NCBI RefSeq assembly: GCF_028698005.1
Contig: NZ_JAQVEJ010000001.1
Location: 1-60,236 of the forward strand
DNA from: Hydrogenophaga sp.
GTDB lineage: Bacteria > Pseudomonadota > Gammaproteobacteria > Burkholderiales > Burkholderiaceae_C
DNA: 60,236 nt
Direction: 5' to 3'
Shown: piece after piece, positions 1-10,775 of the stretch
Layout of the letters: each line of letters starts with the position of its first letter
How positions within the stretch are numbered: position 1 is the first letter of the stretch
Translations under genes and position numbers: made by a program
Notes under the pieces: generated by a model
What the model was told of the DNA's origin: nothing
Database searches by the model: none
What the model saw: only the letters and a program-made list of their open reading frames with translations

Positions 1-509
1 CGCATGAAGGTGAAGCGCGAGCCCGCGAGCTTGACGCCGGTGTCGAAATCGAGCCCGAGCTTTTCACCGATGTCCACATGGTCGCGCACCTCGAAATCGA
101 AGCTGCGCGGTGTGCCCCACTCGCGCACGACCACGTTGCCGTGCTCGTCGGCGCCGACCGGTACGCTCTCGTGCGGCAGATTGGGCACGGCCAGCAGCAG
201 GGACTGCAGCTCGGCCTGGATCACCTCGAGCCGGGCCGCCGAGCTGTCCAGCTCGGTCTTGATCTCGCCCACCTGGACCATCACCGCCTCGGCCTCGGCG
301 TGCTGGCCCTTGCCCTTGAGCATGCCGATCTGCTTGGACAGGCTGTTGCGCTGCGCCTGCAACGATTCGGTGCGTGTCTGCAAGGTCTTGCGTTCGTGCT
401 CGAGCGACTGGAACGCGGCCACATCCAGATAGGGCTGCGGCTGTTTGCGGGTTTCCAGGCGCGCGACGACGGCGTCCAGGTCTTTGCGGAGTTGGAAGAT
501 GTCTAGCAT
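1..509 (-). CDS. serS: Seryl-tRNA synthetase (N-terminal part; truncated by window edge)
   Basis: Read manually from ATG at 509: [44 protein letters not shown]...[28 protein letters not shown]...[27 protein letters not shown], a typical SerRS coiled-coil arm. Confidence 0.95.
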   Translation of the reverse strand, partial: MLDIFQLRKDLDAVVARLETRKQPQPYLDVAAFQSLEHERKTLQTRTESLQAQRNSLSKQIGMLKGKGQHAEAEAVMVQVGEIKTELDSSAARLEVIQAELQSLLLAVPNLPHESVPVGADEHGNVVVREWGTPRSFDFEVRDHVDIGEKLGLDFDTGVKLAGSRFTFM

Positions 510-573
510 GGCAGGGATTGTAGGTTCGGGGCGGGCCGCCGGGGTCCGCGACAGCGGCACGCCGGCCCGCTGC

Positions 574-1530
574 TCAGCGCAGGTGGTCGACGGTGTCGTT
601 GCCGTCCATCTTCAGCCCCTTGGGCAGCGGGAACTTGACCGTCTCGGCCAGGCCGTCCATGCGTCTCACGGCGACGGCACCCAGCTCGCGCAGCCGCTCG
701 ATCACCTGCTGCACCAGGATATCGGGTGCGGAGGCGCCCGCCGTCAGGCCAACGCGGGACTTGCCCTCGAACCACTCGGGCCGCAGCTCGCCCGCGTTGT
801 CCACCATGTGGCCCGGCGTACCGAGCTTGGTAGCCAGCTCGCGCAGGCGGTTGCTGTTGGAGCTCGTGGGGCTGCCGACCACGATGACCACGTCCACCTG
901 CGGGGCGAGGATCTTCACGGCATCCTGGCGGTTCTGCGTGGCGTAGCAGATGTCCTGCTGCTTGGGCTCGCGCACGTTCGGAAAGCGTGCGCGGATGGCC
1001 TGCTGGATGCCGGCGGCATCATCCACACTCAGCGTGGTCTGCGTGACGACGGCGAGCTTTTCCGTCTGGCGCGGCTGCACCCCGGCCACGTCGGCCTCGT
1101 CCTCGACCAGGTGGATGCCCTCGCTGAGCTGGCCCATGGTGCCCTCGACCTCGGGGTGCCCCTTGTGACCGATCATCAGGAATTCGTAGCCCTCCTTCGC
1201 GAGCTTGGCCACCTCGACATGCACCTTGGTCACCAGCGGGCAGGTCGCATCGAAGATGCGGAATCCGCGGCGTTCGGCCTCTTCCTGAACCGCCTTGCTC
1301 ACGCCATGGGCCGAGAACACGAGCGTGGCGCCGGGGGGCACCTCGTCCAGTTCCTCGATGAAGATCGCGCCCTTGTTCCTGAGGTCATTGACCACGTAGG
1401 TGTTGTGCACGATCTCGTGGCGCACATAGATCGGACGGCCGAACTTGGCCAGCGCACGCTCAACGATCTCGATGGCGCGGTCCACGCCGGCACAGAACCC
1501 GCGCGGCTCGGCCAGAACGATCTCGTCCAT
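574..1530 (-). CDS. ispH: 4-hydroxy-3-methylbut-2-enyl diphosphate reductase
   Basis: [34 protein letters not shown] and SSNS motifs; start overlaps the upstream stop (TGATG). Confidence 0.97.
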   Translation of the reverse strand: MDEIVLAEPRGFCAGVDRAIEIVERALAKFGRPIYVRHEIVHNTYVVNDLRNKGAIFIEELDEVPPGATLVFSAHGVSKAVQEEAERRGFRIFDATCPLVTKVHVEVAKLAKEGYEFLMIGHKGHPEVEGTMGQLSEGIHLVEDEADVAGVQPRQTEKLAVVTQTTLSVDDAAGIQQAIRARFPNVREPKQQDICYATQNRQDAVKILAPQVDVVIVVGSPTSSNSNRLRELATKLGTPGHMVDNAGELRPEWFEGKSRVGLTAGASAPDILVQQVIERLRELGAVAVRRMDGLAETVKFPLPKGLKMDGNDTVDHLR

Positions 1531-1976
1531 CACAGCACCCCGATCAGTTGCACCTCGAAGCGCACCGGCTGGCCAGCCAGCGGGTGGTTGAAGTCGAACA
1601 ACACCGCACCGTCGGCGCGCACCTCGCGCACGGCACCGGCGTAGCTGCCCAGACCGTCGGGCGTCGGGAACTGCACCACGTCGCCCAGGGCGTACTGCTC
1701 GTGCGGATCACCCAGCTCATTGAGCAGCTTGCGCGCCACCCACTGCACCATATCGGGCTGGCGCTCGCCAAAGGCCTCGCCCGGCGCCAGGTCGATGGTG
1801 GCATGGTCCCCCTCCTCCAGGCCGATCAGACGCTGCTCGATCGCGGGCGAGAGCTCGCCGCCGCCGATGCTCAGGGTGGCGGGCTGCCCCTCGAAGGTGT
1901 CGATCACCACCTGGCCGTCGGGGCCGGACAGACGGTAGTGCAGGGTCAGAAAGGAGCCTTCTTGGACGGTGGACAT
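1530..1976 (-). CDS. fkpB: FKBP-type peptidyl-prolyl cis-trans isomerase (SlpA/FkpB-like)
   Basis: TLHYRL...DFNHPLAG motif; canonical position upstream of ispH; start chosen at MSTVQEG. Confidence 0.9.
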   Translation of the reverse strand: MSTVQEGSFLTLHYRLSGPDGQVVIDTFEGQPATLSIGGGELSPAIEQRLIGLEEGDHATIDLAPGEAFGERQPDMVQWVARKLLNELGDPHEQYALGDVVQFPTPDGLGSYAGAVREVRADGAVLFDFNHPLAGQPVRFEVQLIGVL

Positions 1977-2107
1977 GGTGGTTTTCGCCTCCGGGGCGGG
2001 GATGGCGCCTGCCACACCGGGCAACGCGTCATCAAGCTGGGGGATGTGGCGCGGCGCCACGGCAGGCATCTATTGTAAAAACTAGGTCAACAGGGAGGAA
2101 ACGCCAC

Positions 2108-2800
2108 ATGGATGCACCCGTGCGCACCGGGGTCATGGGTCTGCCGGCCGACGCTCGCCCGCGCGAGAAACTGCTGAGCCGGGGCGCCGGCAGCCTCAGC
2201 GACACGGAGCTGGTGGCCTTGCTGTTGCGCACGGGCATCCGGGGCAAGGGCGTCATGCAGCTGGCGGCCGACGTGCTGGACCAGTTGGGCGGCGTGGCAG
2301 GGCTGCTGCACGCTCCGCCCCGGGCGCTCGGCCAGGTCAAGGGCCTGGGGCCTGCCAAGCGCGCCGAGCTGTCGGCGGTGCTCGAACTCTCGCGCCGCGC
2401 CCTTGCGCAGCAACTGTGCCAGCAGCCCCTGTTCGACAGCCCGGCCGCCGTGCGCCAGTACCTGCAACTGCAACTGGGCGGCCGCGAGCACGAGGTGTTC
2501 TGCGTGCTGTTCCTTGACAGCCAGAACCGGCTCATCCTGCTGGAGGAGCTGTTTCGGGGCACCCTGACCCAGACCAGCGTCTATCCGCGCGAGGTGGTGC
2601 TGCGTGCCCTGCATCACCACGCTGCTGCCGTGGTGCTGGCCCACAACCACCCCAGCGGCCAGGCCCGCCCCTCGCGCGCCGACGAGGCGCTGACCCAGTC
2701 GCTCAAGGCCGCGCTGTCCCTGGTGGATGTGCGCGTGCTCGACCACTTCATTGTCACCCGCGAGCAGGCGGCCTCGATGGCCGAGATGGGCCTGGTCTGA
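2108..2800 (+). CDS. radC: RadC (UPF0758) JAB/MPN-domain protein
   Basis: RPREKLL...[11 protein letters not shown], HhH GLGPAK, VYPREV, HNHPSG..PS.AD JAMM motif. Confidence 0.95.
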   Translation: MDAPVRTGVMGLPADARPREKLLSRGAGSLSDTELVALLLRTGIRGKGVMQLAADVLDQLGGVAGLLHAPPRALGQVKGLGPAKRAELSAVLELSRRALAQQLCQQPLFDSPAAVRQYLQLQLGGREHEVFCVLFLDSQNRLILLEELFRGTLTQTSVYPREVVLRALHHHAAAVVLAHNHPSGQARPSRADEALTQSLKAALSLVDVRVLDHFIVTREQAASMAEMGLV

Positions 2801-2848
2801 GAACGCCGCGGCCCCTGGGGATTTGCCCCGTGGGCCACAATCCGGGCC

Positions 2849-3523
2849 ATGAAGTGGAATTCATTGGCCGACTTGCGCACGCTGCGGGACACGCTGCAGG
2901 CGCGCGCCCGTGCGGCCGAGCTGGCCCGCGCCGCCGAGCAGGCGCGACGCGAGCGGGCCGAGCGCGAGCAGCGCCTGTTCGCGCTCAGCGTCGGACCGGT
3001 GCGCCCGCTGCGGGCGCCAGCGCGTGCCGAGCACGCCCCGCCGCGGCCGCAGCCCGTTCCCGTACAGCGCCAGCTCGACGAGGCGGCGGTGATGCGTGAG
3101 GCACTGTCGGACGAGTTCGACGTCGAGACCCTGCTGCACACCGACGAGCAACTGAGCTTCCGCCGCCCCGGCATCGGCCCCGACGTGAGCGCCCGGCTGC
3201 GCGCCGGACAGTGGAGCATTCAGCGCCAGATCGACCTGCACGGTCTGCGCACCGACGATGCGCGCGAGGCGCTGGGGCGCTTCATCACCGAATCGCATCG
3301 CGCCGGCCTGCGCTGCGTGCGCGTGGTACACGGCAAGGGCCTGGGCTCGCCGGGCCGCATGCCGGTGCTCAAGGGGCGCGTGCTGCGCTGGCTGGTGCAG
3401 AAAAAGGAGGTGCTGGCCTTTGTCCAGGCACGGCCGGCCGAAGGCGGGGCCGGCGCCCTCGTGGTGCTGCTGGGCCCGGCATCGCCAGCACCTCGGACCG
3501 GCAACGAGCCGGGCAAGGCCTGA
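2849..3523 (+). CDS. Smr/MutS2 C-terminal domain protein
   Basis: IDLHG, VVHGKGLGS and GGAGALVVLL motifs of the Smr domain. Confidence 0.92.
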   Translation: MKWNSLADLRTLRDTLQARARAAELARAAEQARRERAEREQRLFALSVGPVRPLRAPARAEHAPPRPQPVPVQRQLDEAAVMREALSDEFDVETLLHTDEQLSFRRPGIGPDVSARLRAGQWSIQRQIDLHGLRTDDAREALGRFITESHRAGLRCVRVVHGKGLGSPGRMPVLKGRVLRWLVQKKEVLAFVQARPAEGGAGALVVLLGPASPAPRTGNEPGKA

Positions 3524-3748
3524 TCAGGCGATCTGCTCGCGCCGCGCCTGCGCGGCCTGCGCCACCAGGGGATGCAGGCCTTCGGTGCCGTGCGCATCGA
3601 CATGCGCCAGCAGGGCATGGCGCATGCGGGGCTCCCAGAATTTGCGGATGTGCGTGGCCACACCCTCCACGGCTTCGGCGCGGTCGGGCATGGCCTCGAA
3701 GAACTGGCCGATGCGGTTGGCCATGCGGATGAGATTGGCGGTGTCCAT
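3524..3748 (-). CDS. fdsD: NAD-dependent formate dehydrogenase delta subunit
   Basis: MDTANLIRMANRIGQFF...VATHIRKFWEPRMR; last gene of the fds operon (C-terminal part of the 3524..4489 ORF). Confidence 0.92.
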   Translation of the reverse strand: MDTANLIRMANRIGQFFEAMPDRAEAVEGVATHIRKFWEPRMRHALLAHVDAHGTEGLHPLVAQAAQARREQIA

Positions 3749-3762
3749 CGTGTCGTCGTCCG

Positions 3763-4590
3763 TCAGGTCAGACGCTCGGGGTAGGTGTAGGTGACCAGCG
3801 AATTGCCGCGCACGAAGCCCATCAGCAGCACGCCACTGTCGCGCGCCACATCGACGGCCAGCGCGGTGGGTGCCGAGACGGCGGCCAGGGTGGCGATGCC
3901 GGCCACGGCACACTTTTGCACCATCTCGAAGCTGGCCCGGCTGGTGATGCAGACAAAACCCTGCGAGCCGTCGGTGCCCTGCGCCAGCAACGCACCGATC
4001 AGCTTGTCCAGCGCGTTGTGGCGCCCCACGTCCTCGCGCACCAGGCGCACCGCGCCATCCACGAGGTCGCACCAGGCAGCGGCGTGGGTCGCGCCGGTGC
4101 GCTGCTGCAGTGGCTGCCACGCGGGCATCGCGCGGTGCGCGTTCAGTACGGCGGGCGTGGGCACGGGAGCGCCACTCAGGCGCTGCAACGGCCGGTGCAC
4201 CTGATCCAGGCTGTCGGTGCCGCACAAACCGCAGCCGGTGCGGCCGGCCAGCGTGCGGCGCCGCTCGCGCAGGCGCCACTCGGTTTGCGCCGACACCTGC
4301 ACGCGCAATTCGACCCCCTGGACCACCGGCAGCACATCGACGCCGTACACGTCCGAGGGCGCATCGACCAGCCCTTCGGTGAAGACGAAGCCGCGCGCGA
4401 AATCCTCCAGGTCGCAGGGGCTGCAGAGCATGACGGCGTGCGAGATGCCGTTGATCACGAGCGCCACCGGCACTTCCTCGGCCAGGCAATCGGCACGCTC
4501 CTGCCCGGAAACATCGTGCACCCGGACCTCGCGCCAGGTCGGCGCGGCGTCGGCAGGCGCGTCAGGACGCATGTCGGTGGTTGCCGTCAT
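3763..4590 (-). CDS. fdhD: Formate dehydrogenase accessory sulfurtransferase FdhD/FdsC
   Basis: AEEVPVAL, GCGLCG, TGATHAA, REDVGRHNALDKLIG, TSRASFEMVQK; start overlaps the fdsA stop. Confidence 0.95.
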   Translation of the reverse strand: MTATTDMRPDAPADAAPTWREVRVHDVSGQERADCLAEEVPVALVINGISHAVMLCSPCDLEDFARGFVFTEGLVDAPSDVYGVDVLPVVQGVELRVQVSAQTEWRLRERRRTLAGRTGCGLCGTDSLDQVHRPLQRLSGAPVPTPAVLNAHRAMPAWQPLQQRTGATHAAAWCDLVDGAVRLVREDVGRHNALDKLIGALLAQGTDGSQGFVCITSRASFEMVQKCAVAGIATLAAVSAPTALAVDVARDSGVLLMGFVRGNSLVTYTYPERLT

Positions 4591-7472
4591 TTGCCGACCA
4601 CCTCGGCCTGGCGTGCCCGCGCCAGCAGGTCCCGCTGTTCGCGGTCGAACGCGGCGAAGCGTTGCTGCCAGCCCGAGGGCTGCATGACCTTGGCCACCTG
4701 CACCGCCGTCACCTTGTACTCGGGGCAGTTGGTCGCCCAGTCGGAGCTGTCGGTGGTGATGACGTTGGCACCGGACTCGGGGAAATGGAAGGTGGTCCAG
4801 ACCACGCCCGGCTGCATGCTGTCGGTCACGCGCGCACGCAGCACCGTCTGGCCGGCGCGGCTTTCCACGCCCACCCAGTCGCCGTCGGCAATGCCGCGCT
4901 CTGCCGCGTCGTGCGGGTGGATGTCGAGCCGGTCCTCGTCGAACCACAGGCTGTTGGGGGTGCGGCGCGTTTGCGCGCCCACGTTGTACTGGGTGAGCGT
5001 GCGCCCGGTCGTCAGCAGCAACGGGAAACGCGGCGTGACCTTTTCGTCGCTGGGCACGTAGGCGGTATTGAAGAAGCGCCCCTTGCCGCGCACGAAACCG
5101 CCGACGTGCATGATGGCTGTGCCGGCTTCGTCGGTGGCCTCGTTGCAGGGCCACTGCACACTGCCCAGGCGTTCGATCTTCTCGTAGCTCACACCGGCGA
5201 AGCTGGGCGTCAGCGCGGCGATCTCCTGCATGATCTGCTCGGGGTGCTCATAGTGCATAGGATAGCCCAGCGCATTGGCCAGCTTCACCGTCACCTCCCA
5301 GTCGGCCAGACCGGCCAGTGGCGGCATCACCTGCCGCACGCGGCTGATGCGCCGCTCGGCGTTGGTGAAGGTGCCGTCCTTTTCCAGGAAGGAACTGCCC
5401 GGCAGCAGCACGTGCGCGTACTTGGCCGTTTCGTTCAGGAAGATGTCCTGCACCACGACGCACTCCATCGCCCCCAGCGCCGCGGCCACGTGCTGCGTGT
5501 CGGGGTCGCTCTGCACGATGTCCTCGCCCTGGCAGTACAGGCCCTTGAAGCTGCCGGCCAGCGCGGCGTCGAACATGTTCGGGATGCGCAAACCGGGCTC
5601 GGGACTGATCGCCACGCCCCAGGCGGCCTCGAACTGGCTGCGCACCGTCGTGTCGGCGACGTGGCGGTAGCCCGGCAGCTCGTGCGGGAAGCTGCCCATG
5701 TCGCAACTGCCCTGCACGTTGTTCTGGCCGCGCAGCGGGTTCACGCCCACGCCTTCGCGGCCGACCATGCCGCAGGCCATGGCCAGGTTGGCGATGCCGA
5801 TGACCATGGTCGAACCCTGTGCGTGCTCGGTCACGCCGAGCCCGTAGTAGATGGCGGAGTTCGGCCCCTGCGCATACAGGCGCGCCGCAGCGCGCACCTC
5901 GGCGGCCGGCACGCCGGTCACGGCCTCGAAGGCCTCGGGCGCGTGTTCGGGCCGCGCCACGAAGTCGCGCCATTCGTCGAAGCTCTTGCGGTCGCAGCGC
6001 TCGGCCACATAGGCCTCGTTGACCAGGCCTTCGGTCACGACCACGTGCGCCATCGCGGTAATCAGCGCCACGTTGGTGCCGGGCCGCAGCGCCAGGTGGT
6101 GGGTGGCGCGCACGTGCGGCGCATCCACCAGCTCGGTGCGGCGCGGATCGACGACGATCAGCTTCGCGCCCTGCCGGATGCGCCGCTTCAGGCGCGAGGC
6201 GAACACCGGATGCGCGTCGCTGGGGTTGGCGCCGATCACCAGGATCACGTCGGCGTGGCGCACGCTGGCGAAGGTCTGCGTACCGGCGGAGGTCCCGAAG
6301 GTCTGGCCCAGGCCGTAGCCGGTGGGCGAGTGGCACACGCGCGCGCAGGTATCGACGTTGTTGGTGCCGAAGGCCGCGCGCACGAGCTTTTGCACCAGGT
6401 AGGTTTCCTCGTTGGTGCAGCGGCTGGAAGTGATGCCGCCGACCGCGTCCTTGCCGTACCGGGCCTGGATGCGCTTGAACTCGCCGGCCGCGTAGCGAAG
6501 AGCCTCGTCCCAGCCGACCTCGCGCCAGGGGTCGTGGATGCTGGCACGGATCATGGGGCGGGTGATGCGGTCCGGGTGCGTCGCGTAGCCCCAGGCAAAG
6601 CGGCCCTTGATGCAGCTGTGCCCTTCGTTGGCCTTGCCGTCCTTCCACGGCACCATGCGCACCACGGTGCTGCCCTTCATCTCGGCCTTGAACGCGCAAC
6701 CGACACCGCAATAGGCGCAGGTGGTGATGACGCTGTGCTCGGGCTGGCCCAGTTCGATGACGGTCTTTTCCTCCAGCGTGGCTGTCGGGCAGGCCTGGAC
6801 GCAGGCGCCGCAGCTCACGCAGTCGCTGTCCATGAAGACCTGGTCCTGGCCCGGCGAGACGCGGCTGTCGAAACCCCGGCCCGAGATGGCGAGGGCAAAG
6901 GTCCCCTGCACCTCCTCGCAGGCGCGCACGCAGCGGTTGCAGACGATGCACTTGGCCGGGTCGTAGGTGAAATAGGGGTTGGACTCGTCCTTGGCCGACT
7001 GCGTGTGGTGGGCACCGCAGACGCCATCCACCTCGGTGGCGCCCACGCCATAGCGCACCTCGCGCAGGCCGACCACGCCGGCCTGCGTCTGCAGCTCGCA
7101 GTTGCCGTTGGCGCTGCACGTGAGGCAATCGAGAGGATGGTCGCTGATGTACAGCTCCATCACGCCCTTGCGCAGTTGCTGCAGCTTGGGCGTCTGGGTG
7201 TGCACCACCATGCCGTCCTCGGCCGGCGTCGTGCAGCTCGCCGGGTAGCCGCGACGGCCCTCGATCTCGACCAGGCACAGGCGGCAGGAGCCGAAGGGCT
7301 CCAGCATGTCGGTCGCGCACAGCTTGGGCACCTGGATGCCGGCTTCCACCGCCGCCCGCATGAGCGAGGTCCCCCGGGGCACCTGCACGCGCTGGCCGTC
7401 GATGGACAGCGCCACGGTTTCCGTGGATTCGCTGGCCGGCGTGCCGTGGTCGATGTCGTGTTGCATCGTCAT
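4587..7472 (-). CDS. fdsA: NAD-dependent formate dehydrogenase alpha (molybdopterin) subunit
   Basis: N-terminal 2Fe-2S (CRLCLVE), HxxxCxxC, two 4Fe-4S motifs, CAYCGVGC, active-site DTCARVCH, LRGQNNVQG. Confidence 0.96.
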   Translation of the reverse strand: MTMQHDIDHGTPASESTETVALSIDGQRVQVPRGTSLMRAAVEAGIQVPKLCATDMLEPFGSCRLCLVEIEGRRGYPASCTTPAEDGMVVHTQTPKLQQLRKGVMELYISDHPLDCLTCSANGNCELQTQAGVVGLREVRYGVGATEVDGVCGAHHTQSAKDESNPYFTYDPAKCIVCNRCVRACEEVQGTFALAISGRGFDSRVSPGQDQVFMDSDCVSCGACVQACPTATLEEKTVIELGQPEHSVITTCAYCGVGCAFKAEMKGSTVVRMVPWKDGKANEGHSCIKGRFAWGYATHPDRITRPMIRASIHDPWREVGWDEALRYAAGEFKRIQARYGKDAVGGITSSRCTNEETYLVQKLVRAAFGTNNVDTCARVCHSPTGYGLGQTFGTSAGTQTFASVRHADVILVIGANPSDAHPVFASRLKRRIRQGAKLIVVDPRRTELVDAPHVRATHHLALRPGTNVALITAMAHVVVTEGLVNEAYVAERCDRKSFDEWRDFVARPEHAPEAFEAVTGVPAAEVRAAARLYAQGPNSAIYYGLGVTEHAQGSTMVIGIANLAMACGMVGREGVGVNPLRGQNNVQGSCDMGSFPHELPGYRHVADTTVRSQFEAAWGVAISPEPGLRIPNMFDAALAGSFKGLYCQGEDIVQSDPDTQHVAAALGAMECVVVQDIFLNETAKYAHVLLPGSSFLEKDGTFTNAERRISRVRQVMPPLAGLADWEVTVKLANALGYPMHYEHPEQIMQEIAALTPSFAGVSYEKIERLGSVQWPCNEATDEAGTAIMHVGGFVRGKGRFFNTAYVPSDEKVTPRFPLLLTTGRTLTQYNVGAQTRRTPNSLWFDEDRLDIHPHDAAERGIADGDWVGVESRAGQTVLRARVTDSMQPGVVWTTFHFPESGANVITTDSSDWATNCPEYKVTAVQVAKVMQPSGWQQRFAAFDREQRDLLARARQAEVVGK

Positions 7473-7486
7473 GATCGGTTCCTCCT

Positions 7487-9076
7487 TCAGGCGCGCTCGG
7501 CGGACGCCGGCTTGTCCTCAGCCACCGGGGCGAGGAAGTCCTGCGGGTAGTGGTCCAGCGCCGAAAGCACCGGGTAGGGGGTCATCCCCCCCATCGCGCA
7601 CAGGCTGCCGTGCAGCATCGTGTCGCACAGTTCGCGCAGCAGCGTCACCTGCTGCTCGCGCCGCGCCCCGTCCGTGCGCGCGATGCGGTCGATCACCTCG
7701 ACGCCGCGCGTGCTGCCGATGCGGCAGGGCGTGCACTTGCCGCAGCTCTCCAGCGCGCAAAACGCCATGGCATAGCGCGCCAGGCGGCGCATGTCGGCCC
7801 GGTCGTCGTGGACCACGATGCCACCGTGGCCAACCACGGCGCCCATGGCCGCGTAGGCCTCGTAGTCCAGCGGCACGTCCCACTGGTGCTCGGGCACGTA
7901 GGCCCCGAGCGGACCGCCCACCTGCACCGCCTTGATCGGGCGGCCGTTGCGCGTGCCGCCACCGAAGTCGGACAGCAGTTCGCGCAGCGTCAGGCCGAAG
8001 GCCTTTTCCACCAGGCCGCCGTGCCGCACATTGCCGGCGAGCTGGAACGGCAGTGTGCCGTGCGAGCGGCCAACGCCGAAATCACGGTAAAAGCCTGCCC
8101 CGCGTGCCAGCACCACCGGTACGGTAGCCAGGGTGATCACGTTGTTGATGACGGTGGGCTGCCCGAACAGGCCCGCCAGCGCCGGCAACGGTGGCTTGGC
8201 GCGCACCACGCCACGCCGCCCTTCAATACTTTCGAGCATCGCCGTTTCCTCGCCGCACACGTAGGCGCCGGCCGCCTTGCGCACCGTCAGGTGGAAGGCC
8301 TGCCCGGAGCCGGCCACGTCGCCACCCAGCCAGCCAGCGCGTGTGGCGCGGGCGATGGCCTCGTTCAACGTGCCGATGGCTTGCGGGTACTCGGCCCGCA
8401 CGTAGACGACGCCTTGCGTCGCCCCGACCGCGATGCCGGCGATGGCCATGCCCTCGATGAGCATGTAGGGATCGCCCTCCATGACCATGCGGTCGGAAAA
8501 CGTGCCGGAGTCGCCTTCGTCGGCGTTGCAGACCACGTACTTCTGCGCCGCCGTGGCCTGGCGCACCGTCTTCCACTTGATGCCCGCGGGAAAGGCCGCC
8601 CCGCCGCGCCCGCGCAGGCCCGATTCGGTGACCTCGGCCAGCACCGCCTCGCCGCCCAGCTGCAGGGCACGACGCAGGCCCTGCCAGCCGTCATGGGCCT
8701 CGTAGTCCTCCAGGCTGAGCGGATCGGTGATGCCCATGCGCCGGAAGGTCAGGCGCTCCTGCTTCGCCAGATACGGGATCTCCTCCGTCAGGCCATGGCC
8801 CAGCGGATGCGTGGCGCCGTCGAGAAAACCCGCATCGAACAGCGACGGTACATCGTCCACGCCAACCGGTCCGTAGGCCACACGTCCCTGCGCGGTCTGC
8901 ACTTCCACCAGCGGCTCCAGCCAGAACAGGCCGCGCGAGCCGTTGCGCACCACGCGCACCGGCAGGCCGCGCGCCTGCGCGCAGGCCGCGATGGCGGCCG
9001 CCACCTCGTCCGCGCCCACCGCCCGCGCCGCCGAGTCGCACGGGACATACACCGTCGTCAGGCGATCCGCGCTCAT
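7487..9076 (-). CDS. fdsB: Formate dehydrogenase beta (NuoF-like FMN/NADH) subunit
   Basis: SGLRGRGGAAFP, CNADEGDSGTF, YVCGEET, ESCGKCTPCR; start at MSADRL. Confidence 0.95.
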   Translation of the reverse strand: MSADRLTTVYVPCDSAARAVGADEVAAAIAACAQARGLPVRVVRNGSRGLFWLEPLVEVQTAQGRVAYGPVGVDDVPSLFDAGFLDGATHPLGHGLTEEIPYLAKQERLTFRRMGITDPLSLEDYEAHDGWQGLRRALQLGGEAVLAEVTESGLRGRGGAAFPAGIKWKTVRQATAAQKYVVCNADEGDSGTFSDRMVMEGDPYMLIEGMAIAGIAVGATQGVVYVRAEYPQAIGTLNEAIARATRAGWLGGDVAGSGQAFHLTVRKAAGAYVCGEETAMLESIEGRRGVVRAKPPLPALAGLFGQPTVINNVITLATVPVVLARGAGFYRDFGVGRSHGTLPFQLAGNVRHGGLVEKAFGLTLRELLSDFGGGTRNGRPIKAVQVGGPLGAYVPEHQWDVPLDYEAYAAMGAVVGHGGIVVHDDRADMRRLARYAMAFCALESCGKCTPCRIGSTRGVEVIDRIARTDGARREQQVTLLRELCDTMLHGSLCAMGGMTPYPVLSALDHYPQDFLAPVAEDKPASAERA

Positions 9077-9552
9077 GGCCGCACCCCCAGCGACTGCATC
9101 AGCGCGCCCAGCCGCGACGGGCCGACCCGTCCATGGACACGGCCGTCGATCATGACCGCCGGCGAGGTGGCGCACAGGCCCAGGCAGTAGACCGGCTCCA
9201 GCGTGACACACTCGCGGCCTGATTCACTGTCGGCCAGCGCCCGCGCCGCCGCCATCAGCTCGCCCGCGCCACAGGCCTGGCAGGCCTCGGCCTGGCACAC
9301 CTGCACCACATGGGGCTTGGGCGGTGTGGAGCGGAAGAAATGGTAGAAGGTGATCACCCCATGCACCTCGGCCCGCGACAGCCCCAATGCACGTGCGATC
9401 GGCTCCACCGCCTCACCAGGCACGTGACCCAGCGCTTCCTGCACGTCGTGCAGCAGCGGCAGCAGCGCACCGGGCGTGTTCCGGTGACGCCCGATCAGGG
9501 AGGACAGCAGGGCGGCATGGTCCTGCGACAGGGTCTGTGGATTCGTGGGCAT
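9073..9552 (-). CDS. fdsG: Formate dehydrogenase gamma (NuoE-like 2Fe-2S) subunit
   Basis: LSRAEVHGVITFYH, VCQAEACQ and CLGLCA motifs. Confidence 0.93.
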   Translation of the reverse strand: MPTNPQTLSQDHAALLSSLIGRHRNTPGALLPLLHDVQEALGHVPGEAVEPIARALGLSRAEVHGVITFYHFFRSTPPKPHVVQVCQAEACQACGAGELMAAARALADSESGRECVTLEPVYCLGLCATSPAVMIDGRVHGRVGPSRLGALMQSLGVRP

Positions 9553-9663
9553 GGTCTTGTCGAAAGCTGCCGGCCGCGATCGCCAATAATCCATCGCCAC
9601 GGCAGGCCTTTGCCCAATGGTCCTGCATCACGGCCGATGGCGCAATATGAGCGTCCGCGCCAC

Positions 9664-9683
9664 TGAACCGGAAGTCCGGTTCA
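9664..9683. promoter_or_regulatory. Perfect 9-bp inverted repeat in the fdsG-fdsR divergent promoter (candidate operator)
   Basis: TGAACCGGA-AG-TCCGGTTCA, ending 15 nt before the fdsR ATG. Confidence 0.5.
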
Positions 9684-9698
9684 TAAGGGTCAACCCCC

Positions 9699-10766
9699 AT
9701 GAAACAGATTTCGATTCGCCCCACTTGGACCATCCAGGACCCGGACGGCCCACCCCTGTCGCCGAGGCTCATCGAGCTGCTGGTGCAGGTGCACGCCTCG
9801 GGCAGCCTGACCACGGCAGCGCGCAAGCTGGACCTGTCGTACCGCCATGCCTGGGATCTGGTGCGACAGGGCGAAGCGCATTTCAAGGCCCCCCTGCTGC
9901 ACATGGCCCGGGGCAAGGGCTCGACCCTGACCGCGCTCGGCGAAAAGATCGTCTGGGCCGACCACCGCATCCTCGCGCGGCTCAAGCCCGCTCTCGACTC
10001 GCTGGCCTCCGAGCTGGCCGCGGAGTTGCACCGCACACTCTCGGACCAGGCACCACTGCTGCGCGTGCACGCGAGCCACGGCTTTGCCATCGAGCGCTTG
10101 ATCGAGCATCTGGGCGCCCATGGCCAGCGGCCCGAGCTGACCTACGCCAGCACCTCGGCCGCCATGGCCGCGCTGCACGATGGCGACGCCGACCTGGCGG
10201 GCCTGCACCTGCCCGTCGGACCGCTGCACGACGAACTGCTGGCGCACTACACGCGCTGGCTGCCCGACGAGCCGCTGACCGTGATCGACATCGCGCGCCG
10301 GCGCCTGGGCCTGATGGTGCGCGCCGGCAATCCGCAGGAGGTCTTCCGCCTGCGCGACCTGGCGCGCAGCGACGTGCGCTTCATCAACCGGCAAAGCGGA
10401 TCGGGCACGCGACTGCTGCTGGAGGTGCTGCTGCGCCAGGAGGGGGTGGACCCGGCCGGCATCGCCGGCTTCGAGCAGGGCGAATTCACCCATGCCGCCG
10501 TCGCCGCCTACGTGGCCAGCGGCATGGCCGACGTCGGTTTCGGGCTGGAGCCGCCCGCGCGCCAGTTCCGGCTCGATTTCATCCCGGTGATCACCGAGCG
10601 CTATTTCCTGCTCTGCCGCACGGCGGCCATCGATACGCCGGTCATCCGGCGGGTGATCGAGGCCTTGCGCGACCCGGCCATGCAGACCCAGCTCGCCGCC
10701 CTGCCCGGGTACGACCCGGCCGACAGCGGCAAGCTCAGCGACTGGCGGAGCATCGCCCCGCGCTGA
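9699..10766 (+). CDS. fdsR: FdsR-type regulator (ModE/LysR-like HTH plus PBP-like domain)
   Basis: GSLTTAARKLDLSYRHAW HTH; FINRQSGSGTR and THAAVAAYVASGMADVGFG; divergent from the fds operon. Confidence 0.85.
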   Translation: MKQISIRPTWTIQDPDGPPLSPRLIELLVQVHASGSLTTAARKLDLSYRHAWDLVRQGEAHFKAPLLHMARGKGSTLTALGEKIVWADHRILARLKPALDSLASELAAELHRTLSDQAPLLRVHASHGFAIERLIEHLGAHGQRPELTYASTSAAMAALHDGDADLAGLHLPVGPLHDELLAHYTRWLPDEPLTVIDIARRRLGLMVRAGNPQEVFRLRDLARSDVRFINRQSGSGTRLLLEVLLRQEGVDPAGIAGFEQGEFTHAAVAAYVASGMADVGFGLEPPARQFRLDFIPVITERYFLLCRTAAIDTPVIRRVIEALRDPAMQTQLAALPGYDPADSGKLSDWRSIAPR

Positions 10767-10775
10767 CGCGCCCGC

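Noticed and set aside
2108-2800. radC as a marker of a mobile or anti-restriction element
   Set aside because: Full-length chromosomal type in its usual core context next to fkpB-ispH
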